From Spirochaetales bacterium (GTDB lineage Bacteria > Spirochaetota > Spirochaetia > DSM-27196 > SLST01): a stretch of 58,543 bases of DNA. This document shows, in pieces, positions 44,372-53,620 of the stretch. Within the stretch, counting starts at the first letter, position 1. The number at the start of each line of letters is the position of its first letter. Made by a program: the position numbers and the translations under genes. Under the pieces are notes generated by a model. It worked only from the letters and a program-made list of their open reading frames with translations. It was not told the origin of the DNA and searched no databases. Location: assembly GCA_007127335.1 (NCBI GenBank), contig SKZO01000263.1:1-58543 (forward strand), given 5' to 3'.

Positions 44372-45710
44372 CGTGCTGGTGGTCGACGACGAGAAGAATA
44401 TCCGTGCCGGGCTCGGGAAAGCCATCGAGCTCGACGGTCACAACGTCGTACTCGCCGAAGACGGCCGGCAGGCGCTTGATCTGCTCGAGCACGAGGAGAT
44501 CGACCTGATCATCGCAGACCTCAAGATGCCGCGTGTGTCCGGTGAGGAGTTGCTGCGTCGCGTCGTGGAGTCGTATCCCACGCTTCCGGTGATCATCCTC
44601 ACCGGACACGGGACGATCGAGACCGCAGTCCAGGCGATGCGCGACGGCGCCTACGACTTCCTCACGAAGCCCGTCAATCTCGATCGACTCAGCCTGCTCG
44701 TAAAGCGTGCGTTGTCGACTCGTGAGCTCGCCCTGCAGCATCGAGCGCTGCAGGAGGAGCTTCAGCAGAAGCGCCAGTTCGCCAGTATCATCGGCAAGAG
44801 CGCAGAGATGAAACGCATCTTCGATGTCGTACGGCAGGTTGCTCCCACGAGAGCCTCCGTCCTGATCACCGGCGAAAGCGGGGTGGGCAAGGAACTCATC
44901 GCCGACGCGGTCCACCAGATGTCGAACAGAAACGACAAGCCCTTCGTGAAGGTCCACTGCGCCGCACTGAGCGAAAGCCTACTCGAGAGTGAGTTGTTCG
45001 GGCACGAGAAGGGAGCATTCACGGGCGCCGTTGCCAGGAAGCGCGGTCGCTTCGAGCTCGCGCATCTTGGCAGTATCTTCCTCGACGAGATCGGTGAGAT
45101 AGCCCCGAGCGTCCAGATCAAGATTCTGCGCGTGCTCCAGGAGAAGACCTTCGAGCGCGTGGGGGGGGAGCAGACCCTCGAGGTGGACACGCGGATCATC
45201 TCCGCCACCAACAAGGATCTCAAACAGGAGATCGAGCGGGGCACATTCCGGGAGGATCTCTTCTATCGCCTGAACGTCGTGAACATCCACATCCCACCGC
45301 TGCGTGAACGAAAGGAGGACATTCCGATTCTCGTGTCAGCCTTCATCAAGGAGTTTGCGACCGAGAACGAGAAGCCGGTCGAAGGAATCGACGCCAAGGC
45401 GAGGGCGCTCCTGTACACGTACAGCTGGCCGGGCAACGTGCGGGAACTGCGCAACTCCATCGAGAGCGCCGTGGTCATGGCGAAAGGGCCGATCATCACC
45501 CCTGACGACCTGCCGCCCTCCGTCGCTTCGGATACCGAGAGCAACTACGTTCGGGTCCAGCTCGGGGCCACGCTCGCCGACGCGGAGAAGGAACTCATAC
45601 GGGCCAATCTGGCCGCCAACAACGGCAACAAGAGCCGCACGGCGGAGGTCCTTGGCATTGGCCGGAAGACGCTCCACCGGAAACTGGCCGAGTACGGCCT
45701 CGAGGCGTAG
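44361..45710 (+). CDS. Sigma-54-dependent response regulator (Rrp2/NtrC-like)
   Basis: Receiver VVDDE...DLKMP; Walker A GESGVGKE; GAFTGA; FLDEIGE; WPGNVRELRN; Fis-type HTH. Confidence 0.97.
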   Translation: MKFNVLVVDDEKNIRAGLGKAIELDGHNVVLAEDGRQALDLLEHEEIDLIIADLKMPRVSGEELLRRVVESYPTLPVIILTGHGTIETAVQAMRDGAYDFLTKPVNLDRLSLLVKRALSTRELALQHRALQEELQQKRQFASIIGKSAEMKRIFDVVRQVAPTRASVLITGESGVGKELIADAVHQMSNRNDKPFVKVHCAALSESLLESELFGHEKGAFTGAVARKRGRFELAHLGSIFLDEIGEIAPSVQIKILRVLQEKTFERVGGEQTLEVDTRIISATNKDLKQEIERGTFREDLFYRLNVVNIHIPPLRERKEDIPILVSAFIKEFATENEKPVEGIDAKARALLYTYSWPGNVRELRNSIESAVVMAKGPIITPDDLPPSVASDTESNYVRVQLGATLADAEKELIRANLAANNGNKSRTAEVLGIGRKTLHRKLAEYGLEA

Positions 45711-45729
45711 GGTTCCTGCCGCCGCGATG

Positions 45730-46809
45730 CTACGTGTGGCCGCGTATCCGGCTGAGAACGGTCATCAGCGCGGCGCAGACCGCCCACAGGCCAATGTTGA
45801 GGGCGGTTCCGAGGTTCGGAGGCAGGAGGTACCACGACACGGCTACGATGCCGAGGAATGCTGATGCTCCGTAGGTCAGACCGAGAATGCTCCACGTCTC
45901 GAGCCCAAGGTCCATGAGCTTGTGATGCAGGTGCTCCCGGTCGGCACTGAACGGATGCTGGCCGCGACGCAGCCGTCGGAACACCGACGTCGTCACATCG
46001 AGCAGAGGGATGCCGAGAATGGTGATGGCCGGGATCAGATTGAGAGAGCTCCCGGTCCGCTCGTTCAGCATGAGCGGAAAGATGCTCAGGACGAAACCAA
46101 GAACGTAACTGCCCGAGTCACCCATGAAGATGCGTGCCGGAGGAGCGTTGAACACCAGGAAACCGACGATGCTTCCAAGCAGACCGACGGCGAGGAGTCC
46201 CGTGACCGCTTCGCCGGCCAGGAAGGCAATCACTGCGAAGAAGATCGTCGCGATGCCGGCATTTCCGCCGGCAAGACTGTCGACTCCGTCGATGAAGTTC
46301 AGCGCGTTCGACACGGCGACGATCCACAGAATCGTGACGGGAACCGCAAAGACGCCAAGGTCAACGGTGTACCACAGAAGAGGGATCGTCAGCTGATCAA
46401 TACGCCACGGCCCGAGAGCGACGATCGTCGCGGCCGCAATCTGGATGACGAGCTTCAGGACGGCGCGCAGATCGCGGAAGTCGTCTACAAGTCCGAGCAG
46501 GTGGATGAGCGTCACACCGAGGAGGGCCGGAAGGAGGCGGAGGATCAGATCCTCCGGGCGGCTCTCCGTGATCCGCGTTACGCCGGCGAGCGAGTGGGTA
46601 CTCACCACTCCCGCAACGATTGCCGCGGCGACGAACCCCAGGAAGATGCCGATCCCACCTATGCGAGGGACGTCCTCGGTGTGGATCTTGCGGTGGTTCT
46701 TCTCATCATACCACCGGTTTCGGTGGGCTACATAGATGATAGCCGGCGTGGCAGCGAGGTTGACAATGAGACTCGTAGCGAAGGTGATCAGCAGGTGCAA
46801 TGGCGTCAT
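45730..46809 (-). CDS. WecA/TagO (MraY-family) undecaprenyl-phosphate sugar-1-phosphate transferase
   Basis: PRIGGIGIF, GLVDD, NALNFIDGVDSL, FMGDSGS, DREHLHH. Confidence 0.92.
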   Translation of the reverse strand: MTPLHLLITFATSLIVNLAATPAIIYVAHRNRWYDEKNHRKIHTEDVPRIGGIGIFLGFVAAAIVAGVVSTHSLAGVTRITESRPEDLILRLLPALLGVTLIHLLGLVDDFRDLRAVLKLVIQIAAATIVALGPWRIDQLTIPLLWYTVDLGVFAVPVTILWIVAVSNALNFIDGVDSLAGGNAGIATIFFAVIAFLAGEAVTGLLAVGLLGSIVGFLVFNAPPARIFMGDSGSYVLGFVLSIFPLMLNERTGSSLNLIPAITILGIPLLDVTTSVFRRLRRGQHPFSADREHLHHKLMDLGLETWSILGLTYGASAFLGIVAVSWYLLPPNLGTALNIGLWAVCAALMTVLSRIRGHT

Positions 46810-46835
46810 AGGGCAGCGACAGGGCTATGCAGTGC

Positions 46836-47237
46836 TCACGCTCCTCCTTCGTAGTATGCGCGAATGCGCTGGAAACTCTGGTTCAGCTTCTTCGTCACCT
46901 CCGTTGCCGTCTGAAGCCGCACCGGGTCCGACGAGTGGCGGTCGGGGTGAAACGCCGCCATCAAGCGCTTGTAGTTCCGTTGTACTTCCGGGAAAGGTGC
47001 TCCCACTCGAACCTCGAGATTGCGGAAATCCCGCCGCAGCGATGCCGGCATCTCGCTTCGCCGTCCGGTGGATGACGTCGTCGTACCCTGCTGATGCTCG
47101 CCCCGCATGTAGCTCTCGAGTTCCTCCCATGCAAGGCGTTCATCCGGATCGGCAAAGGGCGGCGACTCACGGGTGCGTGTCCCGTCATCGTCGAGAATCG
47201 TACGGATCAGGCTGTCGAAACGATCAAAGATGCCCAC
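46836..47237 (-). CDS. Small class C J-domain protein
   Basis: C-terminal J-domain with FHPDR (HPD motif). Confidence 0.85.
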   Translation of the reverse strand: MGIFDRFDSLIRTILDDDGTRTRESPPFADPDERLAWEELESYMRGEHQQGTTTSSTGRRSEMPASLRRDFRNLEVRVGAPFPEVQRNYKRLMAAFHPDRHSSDPVRLQTATEVTKKLNQSFQRIRAYYEGGA

Positions 47238-47287
47238 GGAACCTCTGGCAGCATTGTAGTCGAAGCGGATAATGATGAAAAGCTGCT

Positions 47288-48622
47288 TCAGGAGCCAAAG
47301 AAAACATTATGGAGCGATCGGAGAACCGGAACCGTATCGTTTTCCGCCACGAGGAGCGTCAGGTTGATGTCCGACGAGCCGAGTGAGATCATGCGCACCG
47401 GACTCGGACCCATCGCCGCGAAGATCCGGGCGAGGACGTCTGCTCGCCGCAAGACGTCGCGGCCGACGATACAGATGATGCTCTTCTCCCGCTCGACGCT
47501 CACCTCCCCGAGCGGCGAGAGATCCCTCACTATCGGAGACAGATCCACGTCGCGGTCGACCGTCATGGACACGGAAACCTCACTCGTCGCGACCAGATCG
47601 ACCGACACCCGGTGGGTGTCGAATACTGCGAAGAGCGCTCGCAGAAATCCGTACGCATTGAGCATCCGTGACGACTGGATCGTGATGAGTGTGACGCCCG
47701 ACTTCGACGCAATCGCGCGGACGCCGCTTGCCTCGGTCTGCGCCTGGATGCAGGTCCCCTGAGCCAGAGGCTCCGTCGTGTTCCTGACCCAGACGGGGAT
47801 CGCCCGTCGAACCGCCGGCAGTATCGTATAGGGATGGACGACGCGGGCCCCGAAGTAGGCAAGCTCGGCTGCTTCGTCGTAGGAGATTGTCGGGATCGTC
47901 CGAGCCTCGGGTATGACCCGAGGGTCGCTGGTCATGATGCCGTCGACGTCGGTCCAGATCTCGACTGCGTCGGCCTCCAGCGCGGCCCCGATGATGGTTG
48001 CCGAGTAGTCAGATCCGCCTCTTCCGAGCGTCGTCGTGACTCCGTCTTCGGTCGACCCGATGAACCCCTGTGTCACGTAGAGGTGGTCGGGTCGGGGGCG
48101 AAGTTGCTCTCTGATGTGCCGGCTCGTCCGCTGCATCTCGGGACTGGCCGCACCGAACGTAGCATCCGTCCGAATGAGCGTTCGTGCATCGACGAGCTGC
48201 GCGTCGACTCCGATCTCCCGGGCGGCCGCGGTGATGATCAGGGTGGAAAGCCGTTCTCCAAAGGACAGGATCGCATCGCTGCTTCGGGGGCTGCACTCCC
48301 GGATCAGAAAGATCCCCTGGGTGAGTCCGCGCAGCTCATCGAAGTGCCGACGCAGGGCGCGCTGGAGCCCGTCGGAACCGGGCACGAGCTCGCGAGCGGC
48401 TGTGTAGTGGGCAGCCTCGATCTTCTCGATGAGTGCGAACGCGGCGTCACGGTCTCCGCCCTGGGCGTGCGACGCGACGAGTACCAGTGTGTCCGTCGTC
48501 TTTCCCATCGCTGATGACACGAGGACCGGAGCGGCCTCGAGCCGTGTGGTTGCGATATCGATTACGCGCCGGATCATCTGCGAGTTGCGTACGCTCGACC
48601 CGCCGAACTTCATGACGATCAT
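47288..48622 (-). CDS. lysC: Aspartate kinase with two ACT domains
   Basis: VMKFGGSSV, SFGERLS, TLGRGGSDYSA, WTDVDG, EAAELAYFGA. Confidence 0.96.
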   Translation of the reverse strand: MIVMKFGGSSVRNSQMIRRVIDIATTRLEAAPVLVSSAMGKTTDTLVLVASHAQGGDRDAAFALIEKIEAAHYTAARELVPGSDGLQRALRRHFDELRGLTQGIFLIRECSPRSSDAILSFGERLSTLIITAAAREIGVDAQLVDARTLIRTDATFGAASPEMQRTSRHIREQLRPRPDHLYVTQGFIGSTEDGVTTTLGRGGSDYSATIIGAALEADAVEIWTDVDGIMTSDPRVIPEARTIPTISYDEAAELAYFGARVVHPYTILPAVRRAIPVWVRNTTEPLAQGTCIQAQTEASGVRAIASKSGVTLITIQSSRMLNAYGFLRALFAVFDTHRVSVDLVATSEVSVSMTVDRDVDLSPIVRDLSPLGEVSVEREKSIICIVGRDVLRRADVLARIFAAMGPSPVRMISLGSSDINLTLLVAENDTVPVLRSLHNVFFGS

Positions 48623-49665
48623 TGGCGTGGAAGATATCCGAGGCTCACGAACGCTTCAGCGTTCAGGATCGCAGCTCCCGCGGCTCCGCGGACCGTATTA
48701 TGCCCGAGAATGACCATCTTGTAGTCGAGCACCGGGCAGGGTCGCAACCGTCCGATGAGCGTCGCCATCCCGTTCGAACGCCAGACGTCGCGTGCCGGCT
48801 GTGGCCGATCCGGCTCGTCGACCAGGATGAGCGGGGCAGTGGGAGCAGAGGGAAGCCCTCGCTCCTGCGGCAGCCCGCGGAAGCCGGATAGCGCCTCCCG
48901 TACCTCCTCGAGGGCCGCATTCCGGGTCAGTTCCACGGAGACCGTCTCCGTATGCCCGTCGTAGACCGGTACCCGATTGCACTGTGCGCTGACCGCGAAG
49001 CTCGCAGGGAAGACACGGTCGCCGCTCAGCGTGCCGAGAATCTTGGCCACCTCTTCTTCGAGTTTCTCCTCCTCGTTGCGGATGAAGGGGATCACGTTCC
49101 CGAGTATGTCAAGGCTGGCAACGCCGGGGTATCCGGCGCCGGAGATGGCCTGCATCGTGGTAACCTGAACCTTCTCGACTCCGAATGTGCGATGGATGGG
49201 GGCGAGCGCCATAGCGAGAAACATCGACGAGCAGTTCGAGTTGGTGATGATCGCTCCCGGACTCGGCTGATGGTGCACGAGGTCGAAGTGGTCAGGGTTG
49301 ATCTCCGGTATGACCAACGGTACCTGGTCTCCCATGCGATGGTTGGACGCGTTTGATATGACCGTATGCCCGAGATCCGCGTATCGTTGCTCGGCCTCCC
49401 CGGCAACAGACGAGTCAAGGCCCGAGAAAAGGATCGAGCTCGAGAGCTCTGCGTGAAGCGGCTGCACCACGACTCCGGCGGCCTCCGCCGGGAGGGACGT
49501 TTCCTGCTTCCATGCAACAACGTCGGCATATACTCTGCCCGCGGATCTCTCGGATGCGACGAGCTCGGAGAGCCGGAACATCGGATGCCCCTCGAGCAGG
49601 CGGACGAATTTCTGCCCGACTGTGCCCGTGGCCCCGAGAACCGCGACATCGATAGGCTCTTTCAC
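48619..49665 (-). CDS. asd: Aspartate-semialdehyde dehydrogenase
   Basis: VAVLGATGTVGQ, TNSNCS, QAISGAG, CNRVPVYDGH, HNTVRGAAGAA. Confidence 0.97.
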   Translation of the reverse strand: MKEPIDVAVLGATGTVGQKFVRLLEGHPMFRLSELVASERSAGRVYADVVAWKQETSLPAEAAGVVVQPLHAELSSSILFSGLDSSVAGEAEQRYADLGHTVISNASNHRMGDQVPLVIPEINPDHFDLVHHQPSPGAIITNSNCSSMFLAMALAPIHRTFGVEKVQVTTMQAISGAGYPGVASLDILGNVIPFIRNEEEKLEEEVAKILGTLSGDRVFPASFAVSAQCNRVPVYDGHTETVSVELTRNAALEEVREALSGFRGLPQERGLPSAPTAPLILVDEPDRPQPARDVWRSNGMATLIGRLRPCPVLDYKMVILGHNTVRGAAGAAILNAEAFVSLGYLPRQ

Positions 49666-49685
49666 ATACCCTCCGAATAAGGGGT

Positions 49686-49714
49686 ACAGTACCGACAGAC
49701 CCTTCTCCAGTCAA
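49686..49714 (-). promoter_or_regulatory. Sigma-70 promoter of asd-lysC
   Basis: On the minus strand: TTGACT, 17-nt spacer, TACTGT. Confidence 0.7.
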
Positions 49715-49784
49715 TCTCCGCCCGGCTCCCCGTGGGCCTGGCCGGTGGGTGACATTCGACCGGTTTTGCGGATACTCTCGCTTC

Positions 49785-50603
49785 ATGCAAGCTGATTTCC
49801 GTGACCGTGTCGAGCAGGCCGTAGCGTCAGTCAGGCGGCGCACGCAGCGAACTCCCGGGGTCGCGATCGTGCTGGGATCCGGGCTGTCTGATGTCATTGA
49901 TGACCTGGTCCCCGGCACCGCCGATGCGACTATCGTCGGGTACGGGGAGATCGACGGGTTCAGTTCGCCTTCGGTGGCCGGTCACCGTGGCACGCTGACC
50001 GTGGCCGACGATGTCGCGGTGATGGCAGGACGTTTCCACTTCTACGAGGGGCGTCCAATGGATGATGTCGTGCTGCCCGTCGCGGTGCTCGCCTCGCTCG
50101 GGGTTCGGACGCTGATCGTCACCAACGCCGCCGGAGGGATTCGACGCGACTATCAGCCAGGCGATCTGGTGCTGATCACCGATCACATCAACCTCATGGG
50201 GACAAGCCCGCTGACAGGACCGCAGGATCCGGCGAGCAGCGTGCGATTCCCGGACATGACCGAAGCCTACGACCCGGCTCTGCGCGTGCTGGCAATGGAG
50301 CTCGACCCCGAGCTCAAGACGGGTGTGTATGCCGCGATGTCCGGCCCGGCGTACGAGACGCCGGCGGAGATCACAATGCTCGAGCGTATTGGTGCGGACC
50401 TCGTGGGCATGTCGACGGTCCCGGAGGTTCTCGTCGCCCGCAGCTATGGGGTCGGCGTGCTCGGCGTGTCCACTGTGACGAACCTCGCCGCCGGACGCGC
50501 CGGCAGGCCTCTGGACCATCGGGAGGTGGTGGAAGTCGGGGCCTCGATACGCGGTCGGATGGTCGGTCTGCTCGCCGGATTGATCGCACGTCTTGAGGCG
50601 TGA
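49785..50603 (+). CDS. punA: Purine-nucleoside phosphorylase (trimeric type)
   Basis: IVLGSGL, GRFHFYEG, TNAAGG, GPAYETPAE, VGMSTVPE, VTNLAAG. Start placed at ATG 49785. Confidence 0.95.
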   Translation: MQADFRDRVEQAVASVRRRTQRTPGVAIVLGSGLSDVIDDLVPGTADATIVGYGEIDGFSSPSVAGHRGTLTVADDVAVMAGRFHFYEGRPMDDVVLPVAVLASLGVRTLIVTNAAGGIRRDYQPGDLVLITDHINLMGTSPLTGPQDPASSVRFPDMTEAYDPALRVLAMELDPELKTGVYAAMSGPAYETPAEITMLERIGADLVGMSTVPEVLVARSYGVGVLGVSTVTNLAAGRAGRPLDHREVVEVGASIRGRMVGLLAGLIARLEA

Positions 50604-50609
50604 TTCGCG

Positions 50610-53090
50610 ATGCGGGCCGATCAGCGCATCGCGGCCGATGCGGCCGGTGCCATGCGGGAAGCCATCGCCGAGTCCGAGGGTTCGGAGGTTCTCTTCCTCT
50701 GCGAGTGTGACGAGCAGATGAACGTCACCTCCGCGCGGGCCGTCGCGCGCGGCGTGCCGGAGATGGTGGCCGCTCCCATGGATCAGCTGCATCGGGGGCA
50801 GGTCGTCATTCACAACCACCCGGGTGGGAATCTGCAGCCGAGCCGAGCTGACGTATCCGTTGCCGCCGAGCTCGCCGAATCAGGAGTCGGCTCCTTCATC
50901 GTGGACAACGAGGTCTCGGAGCTGCTTGTCGTCTGCGAGCCGAGTCGGCCGAAGCAGGTCGAACCCCTCGAGATCGAGGAGCTTGCATCCGTCGTGGACG
51001 ACGGGGGGCAGCTCTCCACGGTCTTCCACGATTTCGAGTCGCGGCAGAGCCAGGTCGACATGTTGCGCCTCGTCGCCGGCGGGTTCAACGAAGATCGTGT
51101 GGTTGCCGTGGAGGCCGGAACAGGCGTGGGCAAGAGTTTCGCCTATCTGATACCGGCGATCGCGTGGGCGGCCTCGAACGAGGAGCGGGTGGTCATCTCT
51201 ACGGCGACGATCAACCTGCAGCAACAACTCGTCGAGAAGGATATACCAACCGTCCAGCGGCTTCTCGGGCTCGATGTCCCGGTGATGCTCGTCAAGGGAC
51301 GAGGGAACTACCTCTGCCGCAAGCGGCTCGGTGAGGCAGTCGACGAAGAGTCGCTCTTTGCCGGGGAGGACGCGGCCGAAGGGGACCCGGCCGCAGGGGA
51401 GGTCGGCGGCAGCGAAGATCGTGCCGACCCCGATCTCGTTGCGATCAGGGACTGGGCGGACACATCCGCCACGGGAAGCCGCAGCGAGCTGCCGTTCATG
51501 GTCCCCGACGAGTTGTGGACTCGTGTCAACTCGGACGCCGACTCGTGTACCGAGCTGACCTGCCGGTTGCGCGAGGCGTGCTTCTTCCTGCGCGCTCGTC
51601 GTCAGGCGGCCTCTGCGAAGGTCCTTGTCGCGAATCATCATCTGCTGTTCATCGATCTCGCGCTGCGGGTGCGTGGGATCGGCTTCGAGGCTCGAGCCGT
51701 TCTGCCGCCGTTTCAGCGCCTCATCTTCGACGAGGCGCACAGCATCGAGAACAGTGCCACCAGTCTGTTCAGCGAGAGTTTCTCGCGTTTCTCCGTGAGC
51801 AAACACGCCCGGCGCCTCGTGCGAACCCGGCGTGGTCGCCGTTACGGGCTGCTTTCCGCGGTCAGCCGCCGCGGGGCCAGCCCGGATGCCGTTGCACGCT
51901 CGAGCGCGGCACTTGCTCGCGCGGAGGAGGGCGCGGATGCGCTGAACGCCGCCGTCGTCGAACGGGTTGACTATACCCTGCGGTTGACCTCGGCCCTGCC
52001 AGGGTCGGTCCTGCAGTCCATTCTCGATCCGGTGGGCGAGCTGCACATTCGGCTAGTGACACTGGCGAATGCGCTGTCCGACGTCATGGAGGAAGACGAC
52101 GGCGATGAAGGCGGGCCCTACCACGAGCTACGGATCGTGTTGCGCCGCATCGAACGTCTGGTGACGCTGTGTAACAGCTTCACCGAGTTCTCCAACCACA
52201 GCGACCGCGTCTTCTGGATAGAGGTCCGACGTGCTTCGAACGGCAGCCGTACCGCTCGGATGATATCGAGTCCACTCGATATCCGCACCGTCATGCGGGA
52301 GGCGGTATTCGACGTCTTTGACACGGTGATATTCACCTCGGCGACGTTGACGGTGGGCAGGTCATTCGACTACTGGGGAGGGCGAGTCGGCCTCTTCGAC
52401 TCGGCCCGTGAGATGGACCTGGCCGAGTTCTCCTCTCCCTTTCCCTACGCTGAGCGCGCTCTCGTTGCAGTGCCCAGCGACGCCCCGGAGCCGGCCGACG
52501 AATCGTACGGACGTTTTCTCGTCTCGTTTCTCGGCGATCTGCTCGAGGTAAGCGAGGGTCGGGCCCTCGTGCTGTTTACCTCGTACGAGATGCTGCGAGA
52601 GGCCCATGCCGCGCTCCGTGACCGACTCGCGGCCCACGGCATCGCGGCACTCCGACAGGGTGACGACGATCGGGCAAGGCTGCTCGCGCGCGTCGCTGCC
52701 GACACATCGAGTGTTCTCTTTGCGACGGAAAGTTTCTGGCAGGGCGTCGATCTTCCCGGGGAGACGCTGCAGGTCGTAGTTCTGTGCCGGTTGCCGTTTC
52801 GCGTACCAACGGACCCGATCCTCCTCGCTCGTACCGAGGCGATCGAGGCGCGGGGCGGAAATGCCTTCGCCGAGCTCTCGCTCCCGGAGGCGGTGATGAA
52901 GTTCCGGCAGGGGTTCGGCAGGTTGATGCGCCGCAATACCGACCGCGGCGTCGTTGTGGTTACCGATGTTCGTGTTCTGACGAAACGGTACGGGCCTCTC
53001 TTTCTTTCTTCCCTCCCGCCCACCCGGATGTCTCGTCGGGAGGCCGCCGGGGTCATAGAGGACGTCGAACGCTTTCTCTATCCTGCCTGA
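50610..53090 (+). CDS. dinG: DinG-family Fe-S helicase with an N-terminal JAB/RadC-like domain
   Basis: N-terminal SEVLF...HNHPGGNLQPSRAD; EAGTGVGKS; four Cys (YLC...SC...TC...AC); DEAH; FWQGVDLPG; QGFGRLMR. Confidence 0.9.
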   Translation: MRADQRIAADAAGAMREAIAESEGSEVLFLCECDEQMNVTSARAVARGVPEMVAAPMDQLHRGQVVIHNHPGGNLQPSRADVSVAAELAESGVGSFIVDNEVSELLVVCEPSRPKQVEPLEIEELASVVDDGGQLSTVFHDFESRQSQVDMLRLVAGGFNEDRVVAVEAGTGVGKSFAYLIPAIAWAASNEERVVISTATINLQQQLVEKDIPTVQRLLGLDVPVMLVKGRGNYLCRKRLGEAVDEESLFAGEDAAEGDPAAGEVGGSEDRADPDLVAIRDWADTSATGSRSELPFMVPDELWTRVNSDADSCTELTCRLREACFFLRARRQAASAKVLVANHHLLFIDLALRVRGIGFEARAVLPPFQRLIFDEAHSIENSATSLFSESFSRFSVSKHARRLVRTRRGRRYGLLSAVSRRGASPDAVARSSAALARAEEGADALNAAVVERVDYTLRLTSALPGSVLQSILDPVGELHIRLVTLANALSDVMEEDDGDEGGPYHELRIVLRRIERLVTLCNSFTEFSNHSDRVFWIEVRRASNGSRTARMISSPLDIRTVMREAVFDVFDTVIFTSATLTVGRSFDYWGGRVGLFDSAREMDLAEFSSPFPYAERALVAVPSDAPEPADESYGRFLVSFLGDLLEVSEGRALVLFTSYEMLREAHAALRDRLAAHGIAALRQGDDDRARLLARVAADTSSVLFATESFWQGVDLPGETLQVVVLCRLPFRVPTDPILLARTEAIEARGGNAFAELSLPEAVMKFRQGFGRLMRRNTDRGVVVVTDVRVLTKRYGPLFLSSLPPTRMSRREAAGVIEDVERFLYPA

Positions 53091-53114
53091 CACGAGATCA
53101 GGCAGTCAGCAGGC

Positions 53115-53144
53115 AAAAAAGAAGCGTCCCGGAGCGGGACGCTT
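53115..53144 (-). terminator. Rho-independent terminator of groES
   Basis: AAGCGTCCC-GGAGC-GGGACGCTT preceded by A6, which reads as a U-tract on the minus strand. Confidence 0.85.
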
Positions 53145-53170
53145 GCGCAGCAGTTTGAGGATCCGTCCGA

Positions 53171-53437
53171 TTACTCGATCACCGCGATGACGTCAGGCAT
53201 CTTGATGATGAGATGGTCCTTTCCGTTGAGTTCGATCGTGGTGCCGGCGTACTTGTCGTACATAACCTTGTCACCCTTCTTGACGGTGATCGCATCCTTG
53301 TCATCGCCGACTTCGACTACGACGCCGGTCTGCGTCTTTTCCTGGGCGGTCTGCGGTATGAAGAGGCCGCTCTTGGTCTTCTCTTCAACCTCTTCAATGC
53401 TCAACAGTACACGGTCCCCAATGGGCTTCACCTTCAT
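53171..53437 (-). CDS. groES: Co-chaperonin GroES (10 kDa)
   Basis: MKVKPIGDRVL, TKSGLFIP, VKKGDKVMYDKYAG; ATG 53437 follows AGGAGG. Confidence 0.98.
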   Translation of the reverse strand: MKVKPIGDRVLLSIEEVEEKTKSGLFIPQTAQEKTQTGVVVEVGDDKDAITVKKGDKVMYDKYAGTTIELNGKDHLIIKMPDVIAVIE

Positions 53438-53492
53438 CTCTTCCTCCTGGATAGGGTATCGCGATTCATGCGGTATTTGTAGATTCACCGGT

Positions 53493-53521
53493 AATATACC
53501 GGTGCGGTGGGCCGCGGTCAA
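53493..53521 (-). promoter_or_regulatory. Sigma-70 promoter of groES
   Basis: On the minus strand: TTGACC, 17-nt spacer, TATATT. Confidence 0.8.
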
Positions 53522-53620
53522 GATTTCGCCGCATTGAAGCAGTCGGTGGGCACAGTCGGTGGGCACTCAGGTGCTTTACTGTCGGCAGCCGCGGGAGTAC
53601 GTTTCGTTCCGGGGAAAACC

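Noticed and set aside
53561-53580. CIRCE-like GCACTC/GTGC near groES
   Set aside because: No 9-nt spacer, poor match to TTAGCACTC, and located upstream of the promoter.
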